Positions 1 through 13,388 are shown, counted from the whole stretch's first letter. The stretch: 63,218 nt of DNA, filler included, from Octopus bimaculoides (GCF_001194135.2; 6 parts of 5 records of this genome joined end to end with filler, not necessarily neighbours in it); one strand, 5' to 3'. Program-made: numbers and translations. Notes: generated by a model not told the origin, from the sequence alone.

Positions 1-390
1 TACGGCATACTCTGGTATATTTATCTCCGCATCTGCTATATTAGGTGTTAGATGCGTTTCGGTAAGCACCATGCATATTGCTTGATTGCATGTTACTAGG
101 TCTTTCAAGTATAGGAACTTGTCTTTGCCGCCTGTTCGTAATAGGCCCCGGATATTCAGTAGGAATATGGGTGTGATATCTGTGCAGGGGTTCCTGGGGT
201 TAGCGGTGGCCATCCCTGATCCATCATCTGTGGTGGTTTTGGACAATGGTTCGTGTGGCGTTGACTCTGTACCCTCTGCATCCACGTTAACTGTTGTACC
301 ATTTTCTGGGCCACGCTTTAAAAAGCTTGCTGCTCAGCTACTGCAGTTCGTACAGCCTCTGCATACAGCCTTTTTGGGGGAGCATATGTA
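1..390 (-). mobile_element. CR1/L2-type LINE fragment: end of ORF1 and N-terminus of ORF2 apurinic endonuclease, running off the window start
   Basis: Manual minus-strand translation of 180->1 gives DITPIFLLNIRGLLRTGGKDKFLYLKDLVTCNQAICMVLTETHLTPNIADAEINIPEYAV, with the APE motifs 'LNIRGL' and 'LTETHL'. An upstream overlapping frame reads PKRLYAEAVRTAVAEQQAF*. Absent from the ORF track. Confidence 0.8.
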
Positions 391-2298
391 TATATATATA
401 CATATGTATGTATGTATGTATGTATAGCGGTATATGCAGATTATTGTATGTAATATCTGAATAACAAAACGTATCCCGTGGTTGACCGACTATTTGTAGA
501 ATACATGTCTAAGATGCCCTATCATAAAATAATATATCATAGATACTTAGGTAGTATGTATTGCAATTAACAGTATAAATCTGCATTAGCATTCTGTCAA
601 AAGACAGGATATACGGTATACAGAGGCATATGCACAACATATACCACAAGACTAAATCACATGCATCGCCGGCTACTCCTTATCGACTAAAATGTTGCAG
701 GCATTCAAGCTGTTCATGTGGACTGTCATCCAATTCAGTTAGAATCTAATAACATTTGGATGATATATAATTTTCTAAAATACATTTATCATAAAATTAT
801 TTGAAAAGATTCCTACTCACATGACCCTAAAATCATGAAGTAGATAGAGATATATCAACGTTCTAGGAAAGCAAGGAAAAGTAGAAAAAGAAAAAAATCA
901 TTTTCATTTCTTCAATACACTTTATATATTAACGAAATTTCGCTAGGTTGCTAGAGTATTATAGATGGTACGACGTGAAACGTGATTATAACTGGAAATG
1001 TCTATTATTTCAAAAAGAGTTTCTTATCTGCATTTGGAAGATAGTGGATCTTTACCGGCAGAGAATAAATGCAATACTGGTACGTTTTTTGCAGATATAT
1101 ATCAGCAATTTAAAGTTTAAACAAAGAGTAGCCTTTACTTTTGTAGTCTTTATTCATACATATATTTATAATTATACGCACATATATGCACAAACGCGTA
1201 TACGCACACTCACATAACACATGTAGCGTGAAACAGAGAGATAGCGTTCTTCCTCGGATCCTTTTTATATAAAATATTGATAAGCTGGCGATCAAATGAA
1301 TTCAATATGTGTCATACTGCACTATTAACTTATACGCTGAAGAATCGGATCAGCTTAACACTTTCCGTGAATAGTTTGCAATTGTTTATGACATGTAACT
1401 AGTTTCAGTAAGTTTTCCGTATAGATCCATATCACTAACAAATAGTTGCGCTTCGCTATCTACCCTCAATTATAAAGCGTATATCATACATATGTAGTTT
1501 TACTAGTGTTCTGTTATGATATATACAAAGATGTAGACCAAATGTTCATAAAACGTTTATGTCTATCAATAGCCCTTTTGCATGTTGTATTACTATTTAT
1601 ATTTTCGCTGAACTAAGTTAATACCAGACATTCTACATATTGAACAATGGTAATGCGAACAATAATTTCATCAATTTATATTTAGAAATATCTGACTTGT
1701 TTATTATGTATTGGAATGTGAATAAAAAAAAAACAATACTCAACATTCATTACCAACTGAAATACTAAATTAATTTTAGATTTTAAAATAACCACATTTG
1801 TATGGGGACGTTTTCACAATCTACGAAATGCATATCATTTATACAGAATGTGAACATACATTTCAGTGCTTAGATAGTTAATCGTTACACCTGCAATGAA
1901 ATGCTCAAGTGCATTGACTGCCATGTATACAATTATTCACTTTTTTCTAAGTTTTCAAAACGTATAAACTCCAAAACAGAAAGTAACAAAAATAATATCG
2001 GAAAAGCAATTAAATACGTTTGTCTCCGTGAATAAATTTTTGGTTTGCGTGATAAATATGGTTTCTTGCCTGCTAAACGAAATAATTATTTTGCTTAATA
2101 AAAATAATTTACTTTGCTGAAAAGATGTTCTGCAATAATAGTGATATCACTAAATTATTATATAACATTTCTAAGAATGTCACTTTAAAAGACAATTGAT
2201 AAGGTGTCGGTTAAAATGCATCTCTTATTTATTTGAAAAACTCTATTCGCATCAGTAACCGCGAATCTCGAATCTAGGCGCCAATGTTCTCTTTACCA

Positions 2299-2306
<8 letters not shown>

Positions 2307-2362
<56 letters not shown>
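2307..2362. repeat. (GT)n microsatellite
   Basis: Direct reading. Confidence 0.95.
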
Positions 2363-2367
<5 letters not shown>

Positions 2368-4154
2368 TATGGGTCTAATGAAAGATACAGGGGAGAGAGA
2401 GTGATAGTTCCCCCTCTTCCATGTACAATAAAAGGAAGTTGTTCAACTGTATTTAACGTAGAATGCACTTATATGAAACTGCCACATGATGAAATCATGC
2501 ATAGAAATAGGCGGTTACGTATCGTACAGACAATTATGTACTAACTGTCAATCATAAAACAGAAAGTCGATTTACAATAAACCTGTTACAGTGTTAATAT
2601 TATTGGCTTATATATAATCACAAATGAGGATTTAGCTTCATTGAATTAATGATGATATGCCCGATTTTCTTATTAACATCGACGAGAAAGAAAACTGCAA
2701 CAATAAACAGAGTATTCAATATAACTGATTGAACGGCATGTAACAGATACATATTCCAATACACACCAATACTTCACTCACACACAGACGCTATTATATA
2801 TGAACACAAAGGCACAAATAAACACATACACAACCACAGATATCAATTGCTTGTATTAAATACGAATATTGCTTAATGTGCTTCTTAGGCCCAGCGTTGT
2901 CTTATCAAAACTGTATCAAAAGTAATCCATAAATGGAAATATTGTCTGCATTTGAAAGATGGTGTGGCAAGATTGTAAGCTTAAAAGACCGATATTTTTT
3001 CCCCAAGTGTTGATGCTCTAAAGATAAATCGTACTGAGTTTGAAGTTGCTAGTCATTATTCAGGCTTTGAAGAAATAAACACCAATAAATTACAGTAATC
3101 ACTCGCCATATCACGGTTCACCTATCGTGCTCTCAGTACATCGTTAATTTTTCTTACTAATATATGTAAATTTATATCGCGGGTTTCTGGGGCCGATAAG
3201 TTTTTATATGTTTTTTTGAGATTTTTATTATATCTGTGGTAAAATAAGCATTTTCATGCCTAAAAGCTAATAAATGAAAATAGAGTACAGTAGTGCACTC
3301 TATAGAGTACAGAGTACTGTATAACACATCAATTAAAATATATTAAAACAAAATACCGTAGATGAGTAAACAATCAATCGCACATACTATATGGAAAAAC
3401 GAAAGTCTGGAGGTGATTGAGTCGTATTGTTTTATATTTATAATAAAATCGATATATACAAATTATAAACAAAATAAAAATAATATACAGAACAGAACTG
3501 TGTCTACTTCGTGAATTTTCAACTATCGAGAGTGGCGGTGCGGTGGTGGTGGATCGTAACATCCCTGATAGGCGAGGGATTACTATAGCTGGAGTGACGT
3601 AATTTGCTCTTCACTTTGCATAATCGATGATTTGCGCCCAATTCAGAAAGAATTATGCCATTAACTCATCATCTTTCCATGTTTATGCAGGTGGTTTATA
3701 TGAAAGTTGATTTTCATTCGTATCGTAAATTGCGACCATGTACATTTTGCATGCAGTAATAATTAGCAAATTGATTTCTGTCGCCTAAGTTTCAAACTAA
3801 TTATCTTAAAAATATTATTTAATCTGCATGAGTATATTTATTTTTATGTCACAAAATATAATTATATAGCCAAACCTAATTAAATTCTGTCAAAAAATTT
3901 TATAATGCATAATATGAATATTACATGAATTTAGATATAGTCAGTAACATTATAAGTATATTATGATTATCATATAATCGACGTTTTAAAAAAATTCTAA
4001 TTCGATAGAATTATTGTAGCAAACTATCGACGTAAACTACTCTTAAAAAGTAAAGAACAAAGCACATAAATCGTTTATAATAGTTTTAGTTTCAGACAGT
4101 CAGTCTTTAACACGTCTTCATAAGCAGCCATATTCAAGTTCATGAATGCGGACG

Positions 4155-4157
<3 letters not shown>

Positions 4158-4217
<60 letters not shown>
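4158..4217. repeat. (AT)n microsatellite
   Basis: Direct reading. Confidence 0.95.
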
Positions 4218-4218
<1 letters not shown>

Positions 4219-5957
4219 TTGTGTCTATTTGCGTCTCACAGCGTGTATATATGGTATATTTACAAGTAAAATCCTTTGATAAAAGGTCTGCGGTTAACAT
4301 ACAAAAATACTATAAACAGACAAAAACTGATTATTTCTTTCATGTAAATATTTATGAAATCGGATATTGATGCAGAGAAAAATATAATATGTAAATATCC
4401 GTTATCCTATAACTTACTAATGAATTCATTTCTAGTGTCAAATATGATAACTACATCAAAAATATAATGTCCATTAGTTGTTACCAATAATGAGATTCGT
4501 AGAAACTAAATAACTTATATTCCCTTTGAAGTTACTTGCTTTGAAACACGTGGTTTATGCGTATGCCGACAATCACACACTATCACACACACACATGCAC
4601 ACACACAGTCATAAACAAGTACGCATATACACAAATACACGCACATGCGCGCGTGTTTATAACATCATAATACGTATATATATCTTACATAACAAGGAAA
4701 CGACTTTCAGAGTATGGTACACACTCACCAGAATTAAAAAATCTCAGCATGAGAAAACAAAAAAGTACGAATCAAAGATCTTTGTTTATATAACTACTGC
4801 AGCATACTAATTTCGATGCAACCATAAAAGTTGTGAAATTCAAGACACATAAATCAAATACAACAAAATGCAGCTTATAGATTAGGGAGCATATATTTAA
4901 TATGTATATANNNNNNNNNNNNNNNNNNNNNNNNNNNNNNNNNNNNNNNNNNNNNNNNNNNNNNNNNNNNNNNNNNNNNNNNNNNNNNNNNNNNNNNNNN
5001 NNNNNNNNNNNNNNNNNNNNNNNNNNNNNNNNNNNNNNNNNNNNNNNNNNNNNNNNNNNNNNNNNNNNNNNNNNNNNNNNNNNNNNNNNNNNNNNNNNNN
5101 NNNNNNNNNNNNNNNNNNNNNNNNNNNNNNNNNNNNNNNNNNNNNNNNNNNNNNNNNNNNNNNNNNNNNNNNNTATATAATACAGAATGAGACAAGAACA
5201 CAAAACTTCCAGACAGACGATGCAAAGAAAACACAGACAGGTCATTCGGAGCACACCCCTCCCCAGCCGAGATCCAAACGATCCTTCCAAATTCGGCTGG
5301 TTATTCTCGATATCGCTCCAATCTAGCTAGCCCCAAGGAAAACCAAGCCAACAGCACCAGATTCCTTGGAAGAAATTAGCGAATGTATACAAAAACAAGG
5401 ACGGAAAAAAACCAAGAATGCTTCACAAGTACAATAGGAATACTAACGGGACACAACAGCTGATACCTTTCGACTAAGGACGAATAAAACTAAGCTGGCG
5501 TATATGGAAACAAAGCCTTACTGCTAGGATACAAGACCCCACAGGCACAAGAAGAAATAACGATGCTGCACGCACAACGGCCGCCCAAGGAAGAAAGGTC
5601 AAGCCCGGCCGAACACCGGTCACGTGGGAAGAGAAGAGAGAGAGGCAGAGGCAGAGGAAGACAGACAAAAGAACTAGAGAGGGGCGAGAAAAAAATGACA
5701 GGGATACAGTGAAGTGAAAAGTGGAGGAAGAAGAGAAGGCAAGGAAATGCGAGCGAGGGGGAACGAAAGAACGAACAGTGGAACGAACGAACAAGGGCGA
5801 ATGGGCCGAGAGACAGAAATAGAGTCATACAAGATGTAGAAAAATGAGCACTCACATATAAGAGACAAAGTGCACGTACACCGCTATATATACATATAAA
5901 TAATTCAGAATGGGACAAGAACACAGCACATTGCGTGTGTATATATATATATATATC

Positions 5958-5998
<41 letters not shown>

Positions 5999-6697
5999 NN
6001 NNNNNNNNNNNNNNNNNNNNNNNNNNNNNNNNNNNNNNNNNNNNNNNNNNNNNNNNNNNNNNNNNNNNNNNNNNNNNNNNNNNNNNNNNNNNNNNNNNNN
6101 NNNNNNNNNNNNNNNNNNNNNNNNNNNNNNNNNNNNNNNNNNNNNNNNNNNNNNNNNNNNNNNNNNNNNNNNNNNNNNNNNNNNNNNNNNNNNNNNNNNN
6201 NNNNNNNNNNNNNNNNNNNNNNNNNNNNNNNNNNNNNNNNNNNNNNNNNNNNNNNNNNNNNNNNNNNNNNNNNNNNNNNNNNNNNNNNNNNNNNNNNNNN
6301 NNNNNNNNNNNNNNNNNNNNNNNNNNNNNNNNNNNNNNNNNNNNNNNNNNNNNNNNNNNNNNNNNNNNNNNNNNNNNNNNNNNNNNNNNNNNNNNNNNNN
6401 NNNNNNNNNNNNNNNNNNNNNNNNNNNNNNNNNNNNNNNNNNNNNNNNNNNNNNNNNNNNNNNNNNNNNNNNNNNNNNNNNNNNNNNNNNNNNNNNNNNN
6501 NNNNNNNNNNNNNNNNNNNNNNNNNNNNNNNNNNNNNNNNNNNNNNNNNNNNNNNNNNNNNNNNNNNNNNNNNNNNNNNNNNNNNNNNNNNNNNNNNNNN
6601 NNNNNNNNNNNNNNNNNNNNNNNNNNNNNNNNNNNNNNNNGTATGTATATGTGCATGCATATATGTGCTTGAGTGTGTGTGTGTGTAGATGTCTGTG

Positions 6698-6733
<36 letters not shown>

Positions 6734-8039
6734 CACACACACATATATATGTATTTGTGTGTTTGTGTGTGTGTGTGCGTATGCGTGTGTGTGCGTATGT
6801 GTGTGCATGCGTCTGTGAATGTGCGTACACACAAATATTTTTGGGATACATGCTGTCATTGCTTTTGATGGCTGAATCATAATCATGCACAAATATGCAC
6901 ATAGGCATAAATACACACAAACACACACTCACACGTATAACGGCTTACATACTGTATTTTGAAACATTCAAGTAAGTACATCTCACTGAAGAATGGTAAC
7001 GGTATTTATTCCAGTATATATAATTACGTGTGCATGGATACTAGTGCAACGGAAAATTGGAAAAGATAATTAGGTTTTGCATTACGAAGTTATCCTTTAC
7101 TTTTGCAGATAAGATATTTTAATATTTTAGAAGATAAAAAATATTACTGTGGCCGGGATAATCATTGTTAGCTGTCAACAGACCTGTGTTTATTACTATG
7201 TGAGGTTGATTCCTTAGGAATTCATCTCCCTGGCAAAAAGGGGTTTCCGTAGAGATTGCTGCAATTATAGTGAGGTTGAATAATTGATCTGCAAACCGGA
7301 GTAGATATAGTTATACCACGAATGCAATTAATTATGCTGGCGTTAAGAGAATAGTTGCTAAGTATAATATAACTAAATATTATACCGTAATGTTTTGTGT
7401 GGAGTTCTATTCACATTAGAGCAGACTATGGTGTTTTTTTCGGGCAAGTATTTACTTACGGCAATACCATGGGTGTTGCTGATATGTTTATATATTTTAG
7501 GAAACAGCTATTGAAAAATTTGTTCTGGAAACTTTATTCGTATAAAATTTCAATCAAATCCTTGGCACATTAGATCATCGATTGAAATCATTTATATTGG
7601 GGATTATTTAAAATTCATAAATTAATAAACTCTCCACATAGTGAGATTAAGTCCTTTATAAATGTTTATGGACTGGGATTATTAATTCTTTTTTTTTTAT
7701 AGTTAATAAGTGTTTATCTCATCTCGCAATTTTCGCATAGTATATTTCCGTTATACCCATTTTTGCCCAATTTGAACTGAGTTATGTATATGAATATTCA
7801 AAAGTTATGCTGTTTTCCTGCTACATGCAGCATGTGTTTTAGCTATATGATGTAATGAATGAATTTTCTTTACATTGCTTATAATTTCATCCCTTTATTT
7901 TTAATAGGCACTATTGTGATGCTCATTCTAACTTATCTGATTCCACTCTCGTGGTGTAATACATATGTTTAATATACATACGAGATATAAATTCTCATGA
8001 CCCGAAAGGCTATAAATTTGAGGGATTAAGATATATTTT

Positions 8040-8520
8040 ACATAAGAATGTATTAAAATGTGTATGTAAAGTGACTCAAGAATAACACTTGATTTGACAA
8101 CAGAGTTTGACTCTTGGTGCGAGCTGCTGGTTTAAGCTTCTTTTCCAGTACTTCACTGTAACCTACACTGGTGCCTATAGATAACTTTTCCAGTTAATGT
8201 TTCAGTATAGGTCTCCCAAAATGGGGAACATTACTTTTTTCTGTGAAGGCTGACCTTGAATGTCATTCTCGCTGGCGATTCCGGGAATTACTCGCAATAC
8301 TTTTCTTCTTAGATTCCGGACGAAATTGACAGACCCAAGTCTCATCTCCTGTGACAATTCTCTCGAAAAAAGCTCTAATAGCTTATAAGGAATAATTCCT
8401 TCCATATCATACTCCACATTGAATGCAATCGTATATGGGTGAACTATTGCTCTCGGACGTCGGTTTTTGTGCTCCTGTGGTGTTTAATATTACTGTAAAG
8501 AATCCGATTGTCATACAGTG
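8040..8520 (-). pseudogene. Mariner-family transposase remnant (first catalytic D region), with frameshifts and stops
   Basis: Minus strand reads AIRAFFERIVTGDETWVCQFRPESKKKS (mariner 'RIVTGDETW' motif at ~8361-8335), then QPSQKKVM in a shifted frame. The upstream frame reads TPQEHKNRR. Confidence 0.8.
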
Positions 8521-8890
8521 ACCATCCAGTAGAAAATATGTGCTTGGAATTTTCGTGTCTGGAGCAATTTAGAGTTGCAACGTATTTGTTGACTAAATCG
8601 ATGGTGAACGAACATGAATAGCACTGAGAACATATTTGGAAGAAGTTTTACTTGTCTTGCTTTTTACAATTAATGCTTAATTTGATGGTGCTGAGTTCAG
8701 ACATATCCTCAGAAATTTTCTACCATCCCAAATTTCTTTGCTAACCAAGAATTACATTTTTAGCAAAGCGTGTCAATTTCGGCATTAAATGGAATATTGA
8801 CGTCGTATGAAACTAACGCAAATGAAATAGTAATCGGTATTAAAAGCAATACTGGCACAAATGAAATAATACCTTTTTATTGATTAGTAT

Positions 8891-8923
<33 letters not shown>

Positions 8924-9023
8924 NNNNNNNNNNNNNNNNNNNNNNNNNNNNNNNNNNNNNNNNNNNNTTAATTAATTAANNNNNNNNNNNNNNNNNNNNN
9001 NNNNNNNNNNNNNNNNNNNNNNN
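8924..9023. other. Artificial assembly spacer (44 N + TTAATTAATTAA + 44 N)
   Basis: Exact 100-bp layout; the 12-mer at 8968-8979 has stop codons in all six frames. Identical at four other sites. Confidence 0.95.
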
Positions 9024-9763
9024 GGGTATGAATGCGTGTGTGTTTTGTAAAAGTCTTAGGAAGGGAAAATGTGCTGAGAACTACCACCGCAAAAACGCCC
9101 TCCCTCACTCCGATTTTCAAGTGGAATTGTTGTGGAAGTGGTTGAAGCCATTCACTTTGGCTCTCTCTCTCTCTCCTTTCACCCAAGGTAGAACTTGTCT
9201 ACCTTCATTTTCTACTTCATGATACCTTTTTTTTTTTAATAAAAAAAAAAAAAAAAAATTCCTTCGCTTGGAATTTGCCAAGGACACAGAGTGCAGTGCT
9301 CAGGGATTTTATGTTTATGCTCCTTCTTCTCATGCCAAGGGCATTAGTGACATAAGTAGAATCGAGCAGGTTTTCAGTCAGAAGTTGAAACAAGTTTTGC
9401 AATTTCTTCACTGGGAATTTAGCACCAGGAGATCTTAATACCTGCCAACAATAATAATGGTAATAATGTTGATTGTTAATGATGATGGTGATGACTTGCC
9501 TCTAGATGATGATGATGACTTAATTCTTGGCACAAGGCCAAGTTTATAGAGGTTGGGGCATAGACAATTTAATCAACTCCATTTTATTTATGTTTATTAC
9601 AAACATCGGTCCTGGGAGGCTGATAAAAGGCAAAAATCCATGCAAGCATGAACTGAACTCAACTACTGTAAAATACTTCACCTTGCTGAAATCAACAAGC
9701 GAGACTCTTATTTGGTTAGTCTGCTTGTTAGAAATACCAGCCAAGTCTCTTTTGATGCTTCTT

Positions 9764-9950
9764 TAATTCCTTTGACCCCGTGTGGAGCATAGGGCACCAA
9801 CAAGAGACCTCATATGTTCTCTTGCTGGTATTTCTTTAGTGATGTAGAAAACTGTTTGTGCAGAGCTGCTAACTCTATACCTACTGCCCTCCCTCCTTTC
9901 TCAACTAGGCTTGGGACTGGCAATAGCGGAGTTCCTTTTGACTCACATCC
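9764..9950 (-). mobile_element. RTE-type LINE 3' terminal fragment
   Basis: Reverse complement ends '...cttgttggtgccctatgctccacacggggtcaaaggaattaa', resembling RTE 3' termini as I recall them. Confidence 0.4.
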
Positions 9951-10620
9951 TGCCAATTTTTAAGAAAATGGAAGGTGTAATGTAACCCTAGATAAACTGT
10001 TTGAGTAAAAAGATGGGATGGTCATGGGTGGAATGATTTCTATCGTATGCTAGCTCAGTTAGCACTAACCTGGAGATAAACAACCTCTCTTGCTTCGTAT
10101 TGACTGTATTATAAGGTGTGTTGCTCCAGATGTTTCAGTGTGAGAACAAATTGTGTTGTTTATATACCTGTCTTGAATGCATTAGTGAAGTTATTCTCTC
10201 TCTCTTTTTGAAGGTGTGGGAATCAAAAGTAAACTGCAGTTAACTTGTTATAATATAACTGCGTAAAAGCAGAAAAAAAATAATTGTAACCATCACTTGC
10301 AGAATGCATGTCACTTGGTCGCGTGTACAGTGCTATTGCTAATGGTTTTAAGTGTCTGTGTACTGGTGAACAGCTTCTTAGCTCTCTCAATCTTTTGACC
10401 CTGCAGAAAATAGGGGATATGACAGGTTGGGGTTGCAGAGGGCTCCAGCAACACTAGGTTTTTCAGCTGAGTGGACTAGTACTGTGTGAAATGAAACATC
10501 TACTGAAAAACACAATGTGCTGTTTTGATCCATGAATGAAACCCAAGTGCTTATGATTACGATCTGTTGCACCTTAGCCTTGTTCCTTCATTATGTATGC
10601 TGCAATTTATTTAACTGGAT

Positions 10621-10867
10621 CAGTGGTTCTCAACCTGGGTCCAATTGGCCCTTGAGGGTCCATATAAGATTTTGTTGTTAAAATTTATCTGCAATAAATT
10701 GGTTATACTTCTCCAATACATAAAATATTTTAACAATTTTTTTATACAATTCCTAATAATATTTAATTATCAAAATATAATAGGATGTCTTAAACATCGA
10801 ATAACTAGGAACATCCATCTATAGGAATCAATGGAGCCCTTAAGTTAAAGATGGTTGAAAAACACTT
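10621..10867. mobile_element. hAT (Charlie-like) MITE
   Basis: TIRs CAGTGGTTCTCAACC (10621) and GGTTGAAAAACACTT (10853-10867), 12/15 match. 8-bp TSD AACTGGAT / AACTAGAT with one mismatch. Confidence 0.85.
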
Positions 10868-10999
10868 AACTAGATTCAAGGCCTGTTCTGTTCAGGAGCA
10901 TGTGTAAGTGATTGAATTGACCCCATTGTATCAGTGATGGGTTGGAAAGTCAGTTCAATCTTTTTGGGCCAAATATTACAAAACATATGTACATATGAA

Positions 11000-11560
11000 A
11001 ATCCAGAATTACTTCACTTTATGAGTTTTATTTTTCAAGCACAAGATTCAAATTTTGAATGAAGTGCAAAAGTTTCTTCTACCATAACTAATGCTTCTGC
11101 ATGTTACCAAGAAATTTATAGAGAACGAAGAAAGCTTCTTCTAAGCAAACAACTCTAGACATGTTTTAAAAAAAAAAATCTGCAAGTCTGTCTACAAGTG
11201 CTTGTGAATTGGCGATTGTGTCTACAAGTGCTTGTGAATCGGCGATTGTGTCTACAAGTGATGGTGTGCACAAGTCTAGTGTGAGTGAATGTAATTCAGG
11301 AAATGATTATAATAATTTTTTTTTAATTATAAATGATCTTGATACTCATTTTACTTACATGAAATATTCTTTACATTCTACTGTTGTTTTATTGCCATTT
11401 ATTTACGAGTATTGTAAATTTTATAGGTAAAATATTTTTCTGGGAACGAATTACAATTTATAACATTGCTACTATGGGAAATTATTGCTCTGCTTTACGA
11501 GTTTTTGCTTCACGAGTTTTTGCTTCACGAGCAATCTTTGGAACAAATTAACTCATATAT
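11000..11560 (+). mobile_element. Probable pogo/Tigger-like DNA transposon 3' remnant
   Basis: Decayed C-terminus-like text (gaaatttatagagaacgaagaaag...caaacaactctagacatg) followed by Tigger-like subterminal motifs (ggaacgaattac, gcttcacgag repeats). Confidence 0.35.
11191..11260. repeat. 30-bp tandem repeat, ~2.3 units (tctacaagtgcttgtgaatYggcgattgtg)
   Basis: Direct reading; units start at 11191, 11221 and 11251. Confidence 0.9.
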
Positions 11561-11574
11561 TGAGTCATTACTCA

Positions 11575-11953
11575 TTTTCTCTTTTACTTGTTTCAGTCAT
11601 TTGACTGTAGCCATGCTGGAGCACCACCTTAAGTGAAGCAAATCGACCCCAGGACTTATTCTTTGTAAGCCTAGTACTTATTCTATTGGTCTTTTTTGTC
11701 GAACCTCTAAGTTATGGGGATGTAAACACACCAGCATCGGTTGTCAAGCAATGTTGAGAGGACAAACACACACAAATATATACATATATACGACGGGTTT
11801 CTTTCAGTTTACATCTGCCAAATCCACTCACAAGGCTTTGGTCGGCCCGAAGCTATAATAGAAGACATTTGCCCAAGGTGCCACGCAGTGGAACTGAACC
11901 CGGAACCATGTGGTTGGTCAGCAAGCTACTTACCACACAGCCACTCCTGCGCC
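11575..11953 (-). mobile_element. tRNA-derived SINE family 1, near full length
   Basis: Reverse-complement match to the copy at 12986; A/B-box head, internal microsatellite, tail 'gactgaaacaagtaaaag'. Confidence 0.9.
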
Positions 11954-12985
11954 TACACATTTTTTAAAACTGTGTATACATGTGATATATAATGGGAATA
12001 TGTCTGTTTATTCAGGATGTAATACAATTTTGTCTGGAATATAAACAAAAACTTACTAAAATGGTAATGGTTCTTTATTAACAATTCCAGCAGACCTATA
12101 GCTGAAGGATTTCCCATATCAGCAGAAAGGTTATCAAATGTGTTCTAGTTCATCTTCACTTTTCAGATATCATATAACTAGGACTCCATCATCTGATGTG
12201 TCTTCTTACTTTTTAAAGACATTAAGGAATGATTTGAGGTTGGTTTGAATTTTATTTCTTGTATATTGAGAAGCTATCTAGAGATTCTAATATGAATGTG
12301 GTGTAGCATGTGAAATATATGCACGTGTGGCACACCCACAGTTTAACGATGATGCTAATGGTGATATGTTCTGAGGTAGCTGAATTATCAGAGAGATAGT
12401 GCAGCGAAGGGGATGGGATCTGAACTTGCAAGGCTTATGTTGGGTAGATAAGATCACTATAAATTCAAATACCTGCAATTGTTATTTTCTTTTTCTAGTT
12501 GCTGTCATTGGACTGCAGCCGTGCTGAGGCACCATCTTGTAAAGGTTTTAGTTGATTATCCCAATCAAAGTATTTTGGTCCCCTTATTTAATTATCCTCA
12601 CAAGGAGAGAGTGCAAAGTTGATCTAGGATGGTTTAAACTCAGGAAACATTAATGATACTTGCAAAGTTGTTCTGTTTGAGGTTCAAAACCATGTGTCTA
12701 AATAATGACCTCTATATTAAGTCTTTGCGTGTTTCAAATTTACATTGGAACAGTTTTACCTGAGAACATTTTTTCAAAAGTTCTTTACATTTTTTCATTG
12801 CATCTGAGGAGGGTTTACATTGTTACCCACGAACAATTTTTCTGCCCTGCTCTAATGTAAATTTAATGAATGAAGAAATAAAACCCTAAGTTTCCTTATT
12901 AAGGCAGTTCATCTAATTCCCCACCACTCACCCACGAAGTTTCTTTCTCTGCTATATATTTTTTCTTTTTTTTTTTTTAATGATA

Positions 12986-13388
12986 GGCGCAGGAGTGGCT
13001 GTGTGGTAAGTAGCTTGCTGACCAACCACATGGTTCTGGGTTCAGTCCCACTGCGTGGCACCTTGGGCAAGTGTCTTCTACTATAGCCTCGGGCCCACCA
13101 AAGTCTTGTGAGTGGATTTGGTAGACGGAAACTGAAAGAAGCCCGTCGTATATATGTATATATATATGTATGTGTGTGTATATGTTTGTGTCTGTGTTTG
13201 TCTCCCCAACATCGCTTGACAACCAATGCTGGTGTGTTTACATCCCCGTAACTTAGCGGTTCGGCAAAAGGGACTGATAAAATAAGTACTAGGCTTACAA
13301 AGAATAAGTCCTGGGGTCGATATGCTCGACTAAAGGCGATGCTCCAGCATGGCCACAGTCAAATGACTGAAACAAGTGAAAGAGTGAG
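12986..13388 (+). mobile_element. tRNA-derived SINE family 1, near full length
   Basis: Head 'ggcgcaggagtggctgtgtggtaag' (A box) and 'ggttcagtccc' (B box), core 'ccttgggcaagtgtcttctactatagcc', internal (TA/TG)n tract, tail 'gctccagcatggccacagtcaaatgactgaaacaag'. About ten related copies occur in the window. Confidence 0.9.

Noticed and set aside
5455-5510. 'ctgatacctttcgactaaggacgaa' as a hammerhead
   Set aside because: The GA of the first core box and the stem III/cleavage triplet are missing.
4772-6932. Long ORFs spanning N gaps (also at 22282-23967 as a single ORF, 29044-29980, 31376-32819, 35360-36749 and 52742-55159)
   Set aside because: Their length comes from untranslatable N-runs. 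Gap sizes are estimates, so frame continuity is meaningless.
8202-8417. 71-aa ORF as a host gene
   Set aside because: It is largely an alternative frame of the mariner remnant; the DETW motif lies in another frame.
9217-9440. Open frames on both strands (VLRSPGAKFPVKK... and RLEFAKDTECSAQG...) as a possible exon
   Set aside because: No recognisable family and no convincing splice pair. The AKFP resemblance to tyrosine kinases is not continued.
12986-13060. tRNA genes at SINE heads
   Set aside because: A/B boxes are present but there is no cloverleaf; each continues into a SINE body.
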